IMG/VR virus record: IMGVR_UViG_3300028833_000075
Span: 1-64,000 of that record
DNA length: 64,000 nt
Direction: 5' to 3' (one strand)
Source: a virus
Lineage: Duplodnaviria > Caudoviricetes
Position 1 is the first letter of the stretch. Each line of letters opens with the position of its first letter. Shown here piece by piece: positions 1-9,727 of this stretch. Position numbers and translations under genes: made by a program. Below the pieces are notes generated by a model that saw only the letters and a list, made by a program, of their open reading frames with translations, was not told where the DNA came from and searched no databases.

Positions 1-465
1 ATGCGATTTAATAAAACTCCCGACGATAATATTCTAAATATTATTACAGACTGTTTTGAAAATCATGACTATGATGCAGACGGCCTGGGTGTAAGTGTGT
101 ATGGCGACGATAAGTATTATGAAGATTATATTCTGGAAAAACTTCACCAGCTTGAACCAATGCTTGCGAGCGGAAAAATTACATACCACGGAGAAGATGA
201 AACATACTGGAGATTTATTCTGAACAACGGAGAATGGAAAGAAGAATACGGGAAAATCTATTATGAATCTGACACACCGTCTAAAGTAGAAAAGAAAGAC
301 ATTCCGGAGTTTCTTGGTCAGATAGTTGATATCTTTGAAGATGTACTGGAAAAACATAATATTTCACAAAACAATGAAGATCCAATTATCTACGGAGATA
401 TCTACGATATGATAACAGATGAGCTGAATCTGATGATGAAACGGTGGTCTATTTATGAAGCTTAA
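1..465 (+). CDS. hypothetical phage protein (may be 5'-truncated by the window)
   Basis: 154-aa acidic ORF overlapping the next gene; no recognisable motif. Confidence 0.6.
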   Translation: MRFNKTPDDNILNIITDCFENHDYDADGLGVSVYGDDKYYEDYILEKLHQLEPMLASGKITYHGEDETYWRFILNNGEWKEEYGKIYYESDTPSKVEKKDIPEFLGQIVDIFEDVLEKHNISQNNEDPIIYGDIYDMITDELNLMMKRWSIYEA

Positions 466-688
466 AGAATTGTTATCAGATAACAGACTTGCTATCGAAT
501 ACAGGACAATACATCCAGAATACGGAGATATTCTCACGGGAAGCTGCCACTGGAACGGAACTGAATTAATTCCGGACGACGGCGACATCTATTCCATTGA
601 GGATGAAATCGAAAAATATGTATTTATCCAGCGTTACGATGGCCTCCCAGATGATCTGACTATCTGGTATAAGAGTGACTGGGTATAA
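455..688 (+). CDS. hypothetical protein
   Basis: 77-aa ORF overlapping the upstream stop. Confidence 0.6.
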   Translation: MKLKELLSDNRLAIEYRTIHPEYGDILTGSCHWNGTELIPDDGDIYSIEDEIEKYVFIQRYDGLPDDLTIWYKSDWV

Positions 689-758
689 GTTGAAGCTCCT
701 TTTAAACACATTGTTAACAATGAGAAAATTAGGAATCATATAAAAAAGGAGAAGCTGA

Positions 759-971
759 ATGAAGTTATATACATTACCGTTTTGTCCTAAATGCGAACTT
801 GCTAAATCCAAACTGGATGAAGCTGGTTTTTCTTATGAGATTGTCTGCGATGAAGAACAGGCAAGAACTATCGGTTTGAAGGTTGCGCCGTGTTTGGTTA
901 CTGACTCCGGTAAACAATACGGCTTGAAGGAAATCATTTCAATTTGTAAAGGGGAAGGTTATTTTGAATGA
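759..971 (+). CDS. nrdH: glutaredoxin/NrdH-like redoxin
   Basis: LYTLPFCPKC CxxC motif, APCL cis-Pro motif, AAGGAG RBS, directly upstream of nrdD. Confidence 0.8.
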   Translation: MKLYTLPFCPKCELAKSKLDEAGFSYEIVCDEEQARTIGLKVAPCLVTDSGKQYGLKEIISICKGEGYFE

Positions 972-3900
972 TTTCAAATATGCTGACAAGCAAAAATATT
1001 TAGATTTCATAGAAGACTATTCTAACGCATCAAATGCTGCGACTGGCAGTAAGGTAGATGCAAATGCAAACGTAGAAAAGAAAACCGTTGCAACGCTGGC
1101 CGGAGAAATCTATAAAAAAGAAGGTATAGGAATGAATCGGCTGGCTATGCAGCAGAGACTGACTGAATTATATGGAAAAGAACTGGCAGATCAATATATC
1201 GAAGATCTCGATAAACATAGAATCTACAGACACGATGAGACATGCGTAGTTGGAACCCCTTATTGCGCTTCGATCACAATGTATCCGTTCTTATTGCATG
1301 GTCTCAAGAAACTTGGCGGATCGTCAACCGCACCGCATAATCTAAGATCTTTCTTAGGTTCTTTCATTAATCTGGCTTATGCGGCAGCAACAGAATTGGC
1401 GGGCGCAATAGCAACGCCTGAGTTCCTTCCCTATATGGATTATTTCATCCGTAAGGAATACGGTGACGATTATTACACGCATGCTGATGATATCGTAGAC
1501 CTCTCTAAAAACAAGAGGACTATTGATAAAGTAATAACAGACGGCTTTGAACAAGTTGTATACTGTCTTAATCAGCCTGCAGGGGCTCGGAACTCGATGG
1601 GTTCCCTTTTACGGTAACGTAATTGCAAAAAACGTGGTGAACTTACAAATGTAAGGTGTCGCATTATGCGGCTAACGGTAGAAGCTAAGTATTATGTAAG
1701 AGTATTGTATAATAAATAAAGAAAGGAGGACACTTATGCCAGCTCCATTGATTGATATTACTGGTTTAAGATACAGTAAGTTGTTCGTAAAGAAACGAGT
1801 TGAAGATTATATATCTCCAAGTGGAATAAGGTTTTCACAATGGTTATGTCAATGTGACTGTGGTAATGAAACAATTGCAAGAAAAACACATCTAACAGAT
1901 GGTACAAAAACAAGTTGCGGTTGTGAAGCTAGAAGACTAACGTCTGAAAGATCTATGAAAGACCTAACAGGACAACGTTTTCATATGTTGGTTGCAAAAG
2001 AAATTACCGACCCAATGAAAAAAGAATATTGTAAACTACATAATATTCCTTTATTCGAAATAAGATATGATGAAAATATAGAAGAATCAATCAATACAAT
2101 ACTTAATGAAATATATGCTAATACCGTGCCAAGTTCTGAATAATCAGAAAAGGTGTAACGACTAGGTGTAAACCGTACACGACCGGTGAAATTCCGGCGT
2201 GGAAGTGCCACGCCCCTAGAAATAGGGTGAAGAGATAGTCTAAGCCGCTAATAAATATCGGGAAACCGACGGTAGTAACTGATCAATCAATTTTCTGGAA
2301 CATTGCTTATTTTGATAAGTATTATTTCAACGGTATGTTTGAAGATTTCGTGTTCCCCGATGGAGACACAATGAAATGGGAATCTGTATCATGGCTGCAA
2401 AAACGCTTTATGACATGGTTCAACGAAGAACGCCGTCGTGCAGTCATAACGTTCCCGGTAGAAACTATGAACCTTCTTGATGACGGAGAAAAGTATCTCG
2501 ATCAGGAATGGGCTGATTTTGCAGCTGAGATGTGGAGTAAAGGTCATTCATTCTTTATGTACCGTTCGGACAATGTTGACAGTCTTGCTTCGTGTTGCCG
2601 TCTCAGAAATGAAATTGAAGATAACCAATTCTCTTACACGCTTGGAGCTGGTGGTGTGTCTACTGGCTCTAAATGTGTAATTACAATGAATCTGAATCGT
2701 ATTGTTCAAGACAAATATAACGAATTGAATGAAGCTCATTTAATTTCTGATTTCGATTCTTTAATTATGAAAATCAATGAAGCAGTTGACGAACAGGTAA
2801 CAAGAATCCATAAATACTTAACTGCTTTTAATACGATTCTCGAAGACAGAAGAAAAGCTGGATTAATTCCGCTTTATGATGCTGGATTCGTATCTCCAGA
2901 ACGCCAGTATTTAACAGTTGGCATCAACGGCGGAGTAGAAGCAGCAGAGTTTCTCGGCTGCGATATTAAACCAACGGATGAACGCTACGAGAAATTTATG
3001 AATAACGTTCTGAAAACAATCTACGAAGCTAACAAGCGAGACAGGACTCATAAGCTGATGTTTAACACGGAGTTTGTGCCTAGCCTTTTTAGTGGGCACG
3101 TTAAATCTTCTCTAATTGACTTGGAACTCCCAATGGGACAACAAGGGGCAAGCGTAATGGTAGCCTGAACGACTAAATGAGAAGACGCAGAAATGCGAAG
3201 CGATAGTCTGAACTGCATGGTAACATGCAGAGAAGCGGTCGAGTGTAAAGACACTCTCGGAAGTACCGTTTCCGCCAATTGTAATGAGACATTCGAGAAA
3301 ATACGTAATGGAGAAATGCTACAGAAAGGAAGTGTAATTATGATCTGTAACATTTGCGGACGCTCAGACTCTGAATGTCATATTAGAAAAATAAAGAATA
3401 TGTATCTTTGTCCACGGCACACTACACAATACTATAGAAATGGATCTTTCAACGACAACACAATTTATCAACCTAACGAATATATAATATATGATGATTA
3501 TGCTGAAATAATCTTAAAAAATAAAGATTGCAAAGAAGTTGGAAGAGCTATTATTGATATTGACGATGTTGACAAGTGCAAAGAATATAAATGGCATATA
3601 AGAAAAAGTAATAACGCTCAATACGTTATCGCGTCAATCAAAGGTTCTCAAAATAAAAAGATTCATTTACATAGATTGATCATGAATTATGATGGCAAAT
3701 TAGATATAGATCACATCAACATGAACGGTCTAGATAATAGAAAAAAGAATTTAAGAATTGTAACTCACTCTGAAAATAAAGCAAATAATAAATTTATTGG
3801 AGTGAAACTTGTTCCATCTGGAAGATGGCAAGCATCTATTTGTCGAAACTATAAAACAATTTATATTGGAACTTTTGATTCAAAAGAAGATGCAATAAAA

Positions 3901-4436
3901 GCCCGTGAAGAATTTATAAAATCATTACAATTGGTCAGTTAAGTAACAGAATGGCAGAAAATCTTGGTGTCAAGCATGCCAAGTGGGATTCAGAAGATGG
4001 TTACAGAGTCCCACGCAAGTGTTACAACAGCTACTTCTATCTCGTAGAAGACCCAACTACAACTATTATCGACAAGTTTATTTTACACGGAAAGAAATTC
4101 ACACAGTACCTCGACGGCGGTTCTGCGCTGCATTGTAACCTTGATGAACATCTTACAAAAGCACAGTATCGCAAGCTGATGGATATCGCTATCCAAACTG
4201 GCTGCCCGTATTTTACTTTTAATGTGCCGAATACAGTCTGTAAGGACTGCGGACATATTTCAAAGATGCGGCTCAAAGCTTGTCCAAAATGCGGATCAGA
4301 AAATCTCGACTACGCAACTCGTGTGATTGGGTATCTGAAACTCGTCTCATCTTTCTCTGAACCGCGTCAGCAAGAAGAACACGAAAGATATTATGCAAAC
4401 CTTCCGGAAAACAACACAGGTGAACAAGATGCTTAA
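964..4436 (+). CDS. nrdD: anaerobic (class III) ribonucleoside-triphosphate reductase, three exons: 964-1594, 2282-3081, 3954-4436 (637 aa spliced)
   Basis: Splicing restores NQPAGARN-Y-QSIFWN and FNTEFVP-AENLG; finger-loop SCCRL, C-terminal CxxC/CxxC Zn site and glycyl-radical RVIGYL motif; no N-terminal ATP cone seen. Confidence 0.93.
1595..2281 (+). mobile_element. group I intron 1 in nrdD (687 nt)
   Basis: Exon ends in U with P1 pairing GGAACU/GGUUCC; core elements GUAACGACUA (~2155) and AGAUAGUCUA (~2233); terminal G at 2281; removal restores the frame. Confidence 0.9.
1736..2143 (+). pseudogene. intron-encoded homing endonuclease remnant, probably internally deleted
   Basis: DLTGQRF / WLCQCDCG / SCGC repeat units joined directly to a KKEYCKLHNIPLFEIRY C-terminus; no central nuclease core seen; own RBS and TATAAT. 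Confidence 0.6.
3082..3953 (+). mobile_element. group I intron 2 in nrdD (872 nt)
   Basis: P1 GUGCCU/GGGCAC; core UGAACGACUA (~3166) and GAUAGUCUG (~3202); terminal G at 3953; removal gives VP-AENLG. Confidence 0.9.
3340..3942 (+). CDS. intron-encoded HNH homing endonuclease with C-terminal AP2 DNA-binding domain
   Basis: LHRLIM...IDHINMNGLDNRKKNLR HNH motif; GRWQASI...IGTFDSKEDAIKAR AP2 motif; ATG at 3340 after AAAGGA. Confidence 0.88.
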   Translation: MICNICGRSDSECHIRKIKNMYLCPRHTTQYYRNGSFNDNTIYQPNEYIIYDDYAEIILKNKDCKEVGRAIIDIDDVDKCKEYKWHIRKSNNAQYVIASIKGSQNKKIHLHRLIMNYDGKLDIDHINMNGLDNRKKNLRIVTHSENKANNKFIGVKLVPSGRWQASICRNYKTIYIGTFDSKEDAIKAREEFIKSLQLVS

Positions 4437-4923
4437 ATATTTAAAAGGTACAATCGTTATGCAGGAGGTTCCAGATGAAATATCTCTTGCTATTGTAATA
4501 GCCGGGTGCCAACATAAATGTCCTGATTGTCATTCAAAATACTCTTGGGACGAAAACCAGGGGCAACCTCTTTTGCAGAATCTCCCAATTATCTTAAAGG
4601 AATATGCAAAATATGTTTCTTGCTTTTGTTTAATGGGCGGAGATCAGGATCAATTCGAATTAACAGAAGCATTTAAACAGGCGCATAAAGCAGGTTTGAA
4701 AACTTGTTTGTACACCGGGTTAGACGATATGTCTCAACTAAATCTGAATCTGCTAAAAGAACTTGATTATGTAAAACTTGGAAAGTTTGATAAATCTCGC
4801 GGCCCGTTAAGTAATCCTAATACTAATCAGAAAATGATGAAGAAAGATTACTCACCGTTTGGAGATATTGAAGACTGGATAGATGTCACTTATAAGTTCT
4901 GGGTAAAAGAAGATTTAATTTAA
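4429..4923 (+). CDS. nrdG: anaerobic RNR activating protein (radical SAM)
   Basis: EVPDEISLA...GCQHKCPDCHS CxxxCxxC motif, MGGD, LYTG, TNQ; follows nrdD. Confidence 0.92.
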   Translation: MLKYLKGTIVMQEVPDEISLAIVIAGCQHKCPDCHSKYSWDENQGQPLLQNLPIILKEYAKYVSCFCLMGGDQDQFELTEAFKQAHKAGLKTCLYTGLDDMSQLNLNLLKELDYVKLGKFDKSRGPLSNPNTNQKMMKKDYSPFGDIEDWIDVTYKFWVKEDLI

Positions 4924-4945
4924 AAACATGTCATATCTGGTGGGA

Positions 4946-4972
4946 ACATTCGAAAAAATGCGTAATGGAGAA
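4946..4972 (+). promoter_or_regulatory. candidate phage-specific promoter; second copy at 3289-3315 inside intron 2
   Basis: ACATTCGA(A/G)AAAAT(G/A)CGTAATGGAGAA, 25/27 identical between copies, each just upstream of a gene start. Confidence 0.55.
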
Positions 4973-5004
4973 TAAAGGAATATTACAGAAAGCAAGGTGA
5001 AATT

Positions 5005-5547
5005 ATGTCTGATAAGACTAATTTAAAAACTGTTTTTGCAATAGATCCGGGAAATACTTATAGCGCTTATGCTGTCATGGCAGAACAAGAAGGAAAAGAT
5101 TACAAGCTGTTAGAGTTTGGAAAATACATCAACAAAGAATGTATGCAGAAAATGATCGACTGGATAGACAGACAGTATCCTCCCGACGTTTTAGTGATCG
5201 AACGAGTTGCCAGTTATGGCTTAGCGGTTGGCAAGGAAGTTTTCGAAACCTGCGAGTGGATTGGTCGATTTTCTCAGGAATCAGAAAAATATATTCCTGT
5301 TGAATATATTTACAGGAAAGATGAAAAAATAACAATTTGCGGCAGCATGAAAGCGAAAGATACCAATATAAGACAGGCTTTAATAGACCGCTTCGCAACA
5401 AAAGATTTTAAAAACGGAAAAGGAACAAAACGTGATCCGGATTTTTTTTACGGAGTATCTAAAGATTGCTGGGCGGCAATTGCAATTGCCTGTACGTATT
5501 TGGATATGAAAAATGAAAACCAGAAAATCACACAATTGATACATTAA
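5005..5547 (+). CDS. RuvC-like Holliday junction resolvase
   Basis: FAIDPG, LVIE and late DCWAAIAIA acidic motifs of the RNase H fold. Confidence 0.8.
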   Translation: MSDKTNLKTVFAIDPGNTYSAYAVMAEQEGKDYKLLEFGKYINKECMQKMIDWIDRQYPPDVLVIERVASYGLAVGKEVFETCEWIGRFSQESEKYIPVEYIYRKDEKITICGSMKAKDTNIRQALIDRFATKDFKNGKGTKRDPDFFYGVSKDCWAAIAIACTYLDMKNENQKITQLIH

Positions 5548-5680
5548 TTGATCTATTAGAGCGCCACAGCTTGGAACGAGAAACGACTCGTCGACCAGCG
5601 TACTCGGGAGCGATGGAGAGTCTGATCAACTCATCCACAAGAGGGGGTAGGGCTTGTGGGTTTAAAAGAAAGGATTCAAT

Positions 5681-5998
5681 ATGGCACGAAAGAAAACTTA
5701 CATTTACAGAATGCTTATTGGAAATAACGAAGAAATTGAGGTTAACATATATGTATATGCAAGAAACGCCAATACCGCGTGCGATTTTTGCAGAAGGATA
5801 TATAGTGATAAAAAATACAATACATACAAGGCAATTAAAGTTGGCCTTTCTCATATAATCAGAGAAACACAGGTTGTTTCTGAATATGAGACTCAGAAAC
5901 TTAATAACTCAATTGCTTCTAAAGGTGATAAATACAGTGAAAGAGAAGTGAAAGTGCCTGAATTCATCACAAAAGAAGAAATGAGTGAACATATATGA
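5681..5998 (+). CDS. hypothetical protein
   Basis: 105-aa ORF with RBS, in operon. Confidence 0.6.
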   Translation: MARKKTYIYRMLIGNNEEIEVNIYVYARNANTACDFCRRIYSDKKYNTYKAIKVGLSHIIRETQVVSEYETQKLNNSIASKGDKYSEREVKVPEFITKEEMSEHI

Positions 5999-6327
5999 CA
6001 ATATTGTTTTTTAGAGTAGAAGATGTTCTTAATTTCCCTGAAACAGAAGCAAGATCGCCAACCGGACGGATTGGGATTGTTGATAGACTTGTAAAGGAAT
6101 TAAAAAAGAAACTCGACGAAACACCTGTTGGAACACAACTTGTGCTATACGGTAACTGGACAAGCGACTGGAATTTCAATGAGGAGAAATGCACAGAGGA
6201 TGGTAAGTATTTAGTTAAAAAACTTGAACGTAGAGGCCTTCATATTATGGATAAAGCTACGGGGGATGATCCTATAACAAACTATATATCCAGAAAGCAT
6301 GTTGAAAAACATTGGGTGCTTGCGTAA
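5995..6327 (+). CDS. degenerate HAD-domain (Swiss-Army-Knife type) protein
   Basis: ILFFRVEDVLN...GI...VKELKK...LVLYGNW resembles IFLDIDGVLN...GI...VKRLK...IVLSSSW, but the first catalytic Asp is missing. Confidence 0.5.
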   Translation: MTILFFRVEDVLNFPETEARSPTGRIGIVDRLVKELKKKLDETPVGTQLVLYGNWTSDWNFNEEKCTEDGKYLVKKLERRGLHIMDKATGDDPITNYISRKHVEKHWVLA

Positions 6328-6548
6328 TGGAAACAAATAAATCAGTTGTTTTTCTTCTTTTTGGTATTATTGTGTCTCAGCTTATATTAATCATCCTGAA
6401 GTTAACAAATGTTATTAACTGGAGCTGGGGATGGGTTTTCTCGCCTTTGTGGGTTCCTTACTTACTCTCTATGTTAGCTGGGATTATTTTAGTTATATAT
6501 TTATTCGCACACAACTTAAAAGAAAGGATCTTCCGAAAACATGGATAA
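6327..6548 (+). CDS. small two-TM membrane protein
   Basis: LKLTNVINWSWGWVFSPLW motif typical of small phage membrane proteins. Confidence 0.65.
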   Translation: METNKSVVFLLFGIIVSQLILIILKLTNVINWSWGWVFSPLWVPYLLSMLAGIILVIYLFAHNLKERIFRKHG

Positions 6549-6753
6549 AGATTATCTAATTGTGAAAAATCCAGATAAAGAATTCAGAGAAGAAGTAATT
6601 CGCCGCATTAAAGCAAATAACGGATATTGTCCGTGCAGATTTGAACGAACGCCTGATACAAAATGCCACTGCAAAGAATTAAGAGAAAACGGAGATTGTA
6701 TTTGCGGCTTGTTCATAAAAGTTCCTTGTAAAGAAGTAACAGAGGAGGAGTAA
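6541..6753 (+). CDS. ferredoxin:thioredoxin reductase catalytic-subunit-like protein
   Basis: GYCPCR...KCHC...CICGLF matches the CPC/CPC/CHC cysteine pattern. Confidence 0.75.
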   Translation: MDKDYLIVKNPDKEFREEVIRRIKANNGYCPCRFERTPDTKCHCKELRENGDCICGLFIKVPCKEVTEEE

Positions 6754-6754
6754 T

Positions 6755-7267
6755 ATGCAAGGTGTTGCAGAATTTCATAAGGTGTCTTTCAATCAATTTT
6801 TACAGGATTCTAAGAAAACTGGTTTCGTTGATGATACAACGGATTCTGAAATTGTAAAAGCAATCTGGGAAAGTATTAAGCTGCCACAAAGAGCTACCGG
6901 CGGATCTGCCGGATATGATTTTTATCTGCCATTTAATTTTTCGTTGGAGTCTGGCAGAACTGTAACGATTCCAACCGGAATCAGGATTGATATGCAGCCC
7001 GGATGGTTTCTTGGGCTTGTTCCGCGTTCTGGGCTTGGTTTTAAACACGGTATGTGGCTGTTGAATACGTTTGGAGTAATAGACAGCGATTACTATTATG
7101 CAGATAACGAAGGTCATATTATGGCTAAAATCGCCGCAAGAAGCAATATGTGTTTACAAAGCGGAGATCGGTTTATACAAGGCTTATTGATTCCGCATGG
7201 CATTACCAGATCTGATTCTACTCTTGGATTTAACAGGACTGGCGGGTTTGGATCCACAGGAGAATAA
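6755..7267 (+). CDS. dut: trimeric dUTPase
   Basis: SAGYD, PRSGLG, GVIDSDY and RTGGFGSTG motifs. Confidence 0.95.
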   Translation: MQGVAEFHKVSFNQFLQDSKKTGFVDDTTDSEIVKAIWESIKLPQRATGGSAGYDFYLPFNFSLESGRTVTIPTGIRIDMQPGWFLGLVPRSGLGFKHGMWLLNTFGVIDSDYYYADNEGHIMAKIAARSNMCLQSGDRFIQGLLIPHGITRSDSTLGFNRTGGFGSTGE

Positions 7268-7269
7268 AC

Positions 7270-7635
7270 ATGAACAAGTTAACAATAAACAATCTCATAT
7301 TTAAATGCATGTTGTCTGATCGACTTTCAGACCGAATGAGATATGGAGCAGAAGCAAAACAGAAAGTTAATGAGTTGGAAGAAACTTTTAATGAGTTAAT
7401 CGAAAAATTAACTCAAGCAAGTGAAAAATTACTCGAAGCAAGCAAAATAATTTCAGATCAAACAGAATTGCTTGAATGCTGCTATTCTGCACTTGGCGAC
7501 AGAGCATCCGACATCGTAAACACTTGGCAAATATTAAAACAAAGATTAAAAAAGAAAGGATTAAATAATGAGCATCGAGAGTTACCCGATTTCAAACAAA
7601 ACAAACAACGAGTTGATTCCAACAACTATGAATGA
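7270..7635 (+). CDS. hypothetical coiled-coil protein
   Basis: 121-aa ORF in operon. Confidence 0.5.
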   Translation: MNKLTINNLIFKCMLSDRLSDRMRYGAEAKQKVNELEETFNELIEKLTQASEKLLEASKIISDQTELLECCYSALGDRASDIVNTWQILKQRLKKKGLNNEHRELPDFKQNKQRVDSNNYE

Positions 7636-8296
7636 AATCAAGCCTATGCTTTGCAAAGATAGCCACGGTGACGCTTATGTTTGTATTGACTGTACGTCTT
7701 CATGCGACTTTGGAAAAAGAGCTGTCGAACTTTTAGAAAAAGAAACTAAAGGACTTGTAGGAAAAATGAGCAAGAAACAAATTTGTGATGCTTCCAGAAG
7801 AGTTGAAGCAATGGAGAATTATCTTGAAGCAATGTCTGCGCCAGATCCTGTAGGATTCGTAATTCAGAAGTACGGCTGTGAAAACATCCGGATTGCAAAA
7901 AATAAAATCTATCAATGGCAGCATAACTATGGCACAAACCTTGGTATGATCTCTAATAGAATTAGAGAGATTAAAGACGAAATAGCTGCCTCTCAAACAA
8001 ATGTGAATAAAGATCCAGTCATAAAAAAGGACGCCTCAGTGAAAGAAAATTTACAGTCAAACACTATAGAAGACAAGAAGCTTACAAAACGACAGGAAGA
8101 TAAGATTTCACAAAGCCATCTCGAACAAATGAGACTAGATTATGAAGATGAATATTTAAAATTAGCAAAACAAATTGAAGATTATAAGAAAGAGATCGAA
8201 GAGTGCGAAAACAAGATGGAAAATATTGTTGATCGCATTAAATCCATCAGAGCCGTACTTGATATTTTCAAGGAAAAGGATGCCAAGTACGTTTAA
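7568..8296 (+). CDS. hypothetical protein with Cys cluster and C-terminal coiled coil
   Basis: 242-aa ORF; CKD...CIDCTSSCDFG; heptad-rich C-terminus. Confidence 0.55.
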   Translation: MSIESYPISNKTNNELIPTTMNEIKPMLCKDSHGDAYVCIDCTSSCDFGKRAVELLEKETKGLVGKMSKKQICDASRRVEAMENYLEAMSAPDPVGFVIQKYGCENIRIAKNKIYQWQHNYGTNLGMISNRIREIKDEIAASQTNVNKDPVIKKDASVKENLQSNTIEDKKLTKRQEDKISQSHLEQMRLDYEDEYLKLAKQIEDYKKEIEECENKMENIVDRIKSIRAVLDIFKEKDAKYV

Positions 8297-8312
8297 AAGG
8301 AGGTGATTCAAA

Positions 8313-8565
8313 ATGACCCCACATGAATTAATTCTCAAACTTTCTTCATACCAGGGGCCTTGTTAGTATGCGCTTCTGTGCATACTGCCCGGAAGATCAT
8401 AACACCGCAGAAGTAAAAGAATGCGTAGAAAAAATGTACAAAGAAATATATGCGTTACAAGCGGACAAAGATAAGCTGCTCGAAGCCATTATAAAGCTTC
8501 GGGCAGCATATCGTTCTGCTACAGGAAAGGACTATAAAGATGAAGATTATTCTACCGAAGACTGA
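8313..8565 (+). pseudogene. small hypothetical gene with apparent 1-bp frameshift
   Basis: Strong AGGAGGTGA RBS before ATG 8313; that frame stops after GPC, and ORF 8368-8565 is offset by one base. Confidence 0.45.
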
Positions 8566-9193
8566 AATACTTAGACCAACTCCCACACGGGAAGCGGTAG
8601 AAGCAATTTATAAAAACATCGAAATCGCAGGACGAACCTGCTATAAAAGCGAAGATAAAATCACACCGGAAAGCGCAAAAAAATTTGTGAGCGGACTTAT
8701 TAAACGCGGCCATGAAGCAATGATTGAACATGCTTCGATGACAGTACGGTTTACTGTAGATCGCGGAGTTTCTCATGAAATTGTTCGGCACAGGATAGCA
8801 TCATTCGCACAGGAATCAACTCGTTACTGTAATTATTCTCAAGATAAATTCAGTAATGAGATTACGGTAATCAAACCTTTTTATCTTCAGGAAGGAACTA
8901 CTGCTTATAATGCATGGTACGCAGCATGTAAGCAAGCAGAAGAATCATATTTTGCAATGCTTAACGCCGGATGTACGCCGCAGGAGGCGAGAGCTGTACT
9001 GCCTAATAGTTTAAAAACTGAACTTATCGTTACAATGAATATGCGTGAATGGAGGCACTTCTTTAAGTTAAGAGCTGCTGGTACAACAGGCAAACCTCAT
9101 CCGCAAATGGAAGAAGTTGCAATTCCACTTTTAAAAGAATGTCAGAAACTTATGCCTGAACTATTTAACGACGTTATAATTGAAGGTAAGTAA
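8540..9193 (+). CDS. thyX: FAD-dependent thymidylate synthase
   Basis: GHEAMIEH, RGVSHEIVRHR, SFAQESTRY and EARAVLP motifs. Confidence 0.96.
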   Translation: MKIILPKTEILRPTPTREAVEAIYKNIEIAGRTCYKSEDKITPESAKKFVSGLIKRGHEAMIEHASMTVRFTVDRGVSHEIVRHRIASFAQESTRYCNYSQDKFSNEITVIKPFYLQEGTTAYNAWYAACKQAEESYFAMLNAGCTPQEARAVLPNSLKTELIVTMNMREWRHFFKLRAAGTTGKPHPQMEEVAIPLLKECQKLMPELFNDVIIEGK

Positions 9194-9194
9194 A

Positions 9195-9404
9195 ATGCAT
9201 TTAATTCGAATTAAAACAGAAAATCTCGGTTTAGTTTATATTAACTTAGAAGATATCTCATTATTCTATTTCGATCCGAGCATCAATAAAACCAATATTG
9301 AAACAAAAAATAAAAAAGTTTTTGCCATTTCAGGTGACTGTACGATTAAGTTGTCTAAAATAATTACAGTTTCAACAAATGGAAACACAACCACTTTGGA
9401 GTAA
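9195..9404 (+). CDS. hypothetical protein
   Basis: short ORF in operon. Confidence 0.5.
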   Translation: MHLIRIKTENLGLVYINLEDISLFYFDPSINKTNIETKNKKVFAISGDCTIKLSKIITVSTNGNTTTLE

Positions 9405-9406
9405 AT

Positions 9407-9724
9407 ATGGAAAGATTAAATATGAATAGAATAATTGATTACAAAGATTTTCAATTTGACGAGCATGTACAAGTAGGCGACATAATAATCATAAATAATG
9501 AGTACTATACTATTACACGAATAACTTACGAGGGCGATGACAACTGTGTTCCTATAATAAAATATGAATGTGATAGATTAGGAACGTTTCCTGATACAAG
9601 AGATATGCCTCCCTTTACTGATCATGTTGTGATTAACAAACTAATGCACACTGAACCATTTTTTCAAACAGAAAAAGAAATATCTGAAGATGTAAGAAAA
9701 GAATTTATGAAATTATTGGAGTAA
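9407..9724 (+). CDS. hypothetical protein
   Basis: 105-aa ORF in operon. Confidence 0.5.
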   Translation: MERLNMNRIIDYKDFQFDEHVQVGDIIIINNEYYTITRITYEGDDNCVPIIKYECDRLGTFPDTRDMPPFTDHVVINKLMHTEPFFQTEKEISEDVRKEFMKLLE

Positions 9725-9727
9725 AAA

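Noticed and set aside
3193-3339. N-terminal extension of the HNH ORF given in the ORF track
   Set aside because: It overlaps the intron catalytic core; the RBS supports a start at 3340.
964-4436. three separate nrdD genes, stop-codon recoding or an intein
   Set aside because: Group I intron splicing explains the breaks exactly, and other long genes read through normally in the standard code.
5575-5635. hammerhead ribozyme
   Set aside because: GAAAC and CTGATCA are present but not in a valid three-stem core arrangement.
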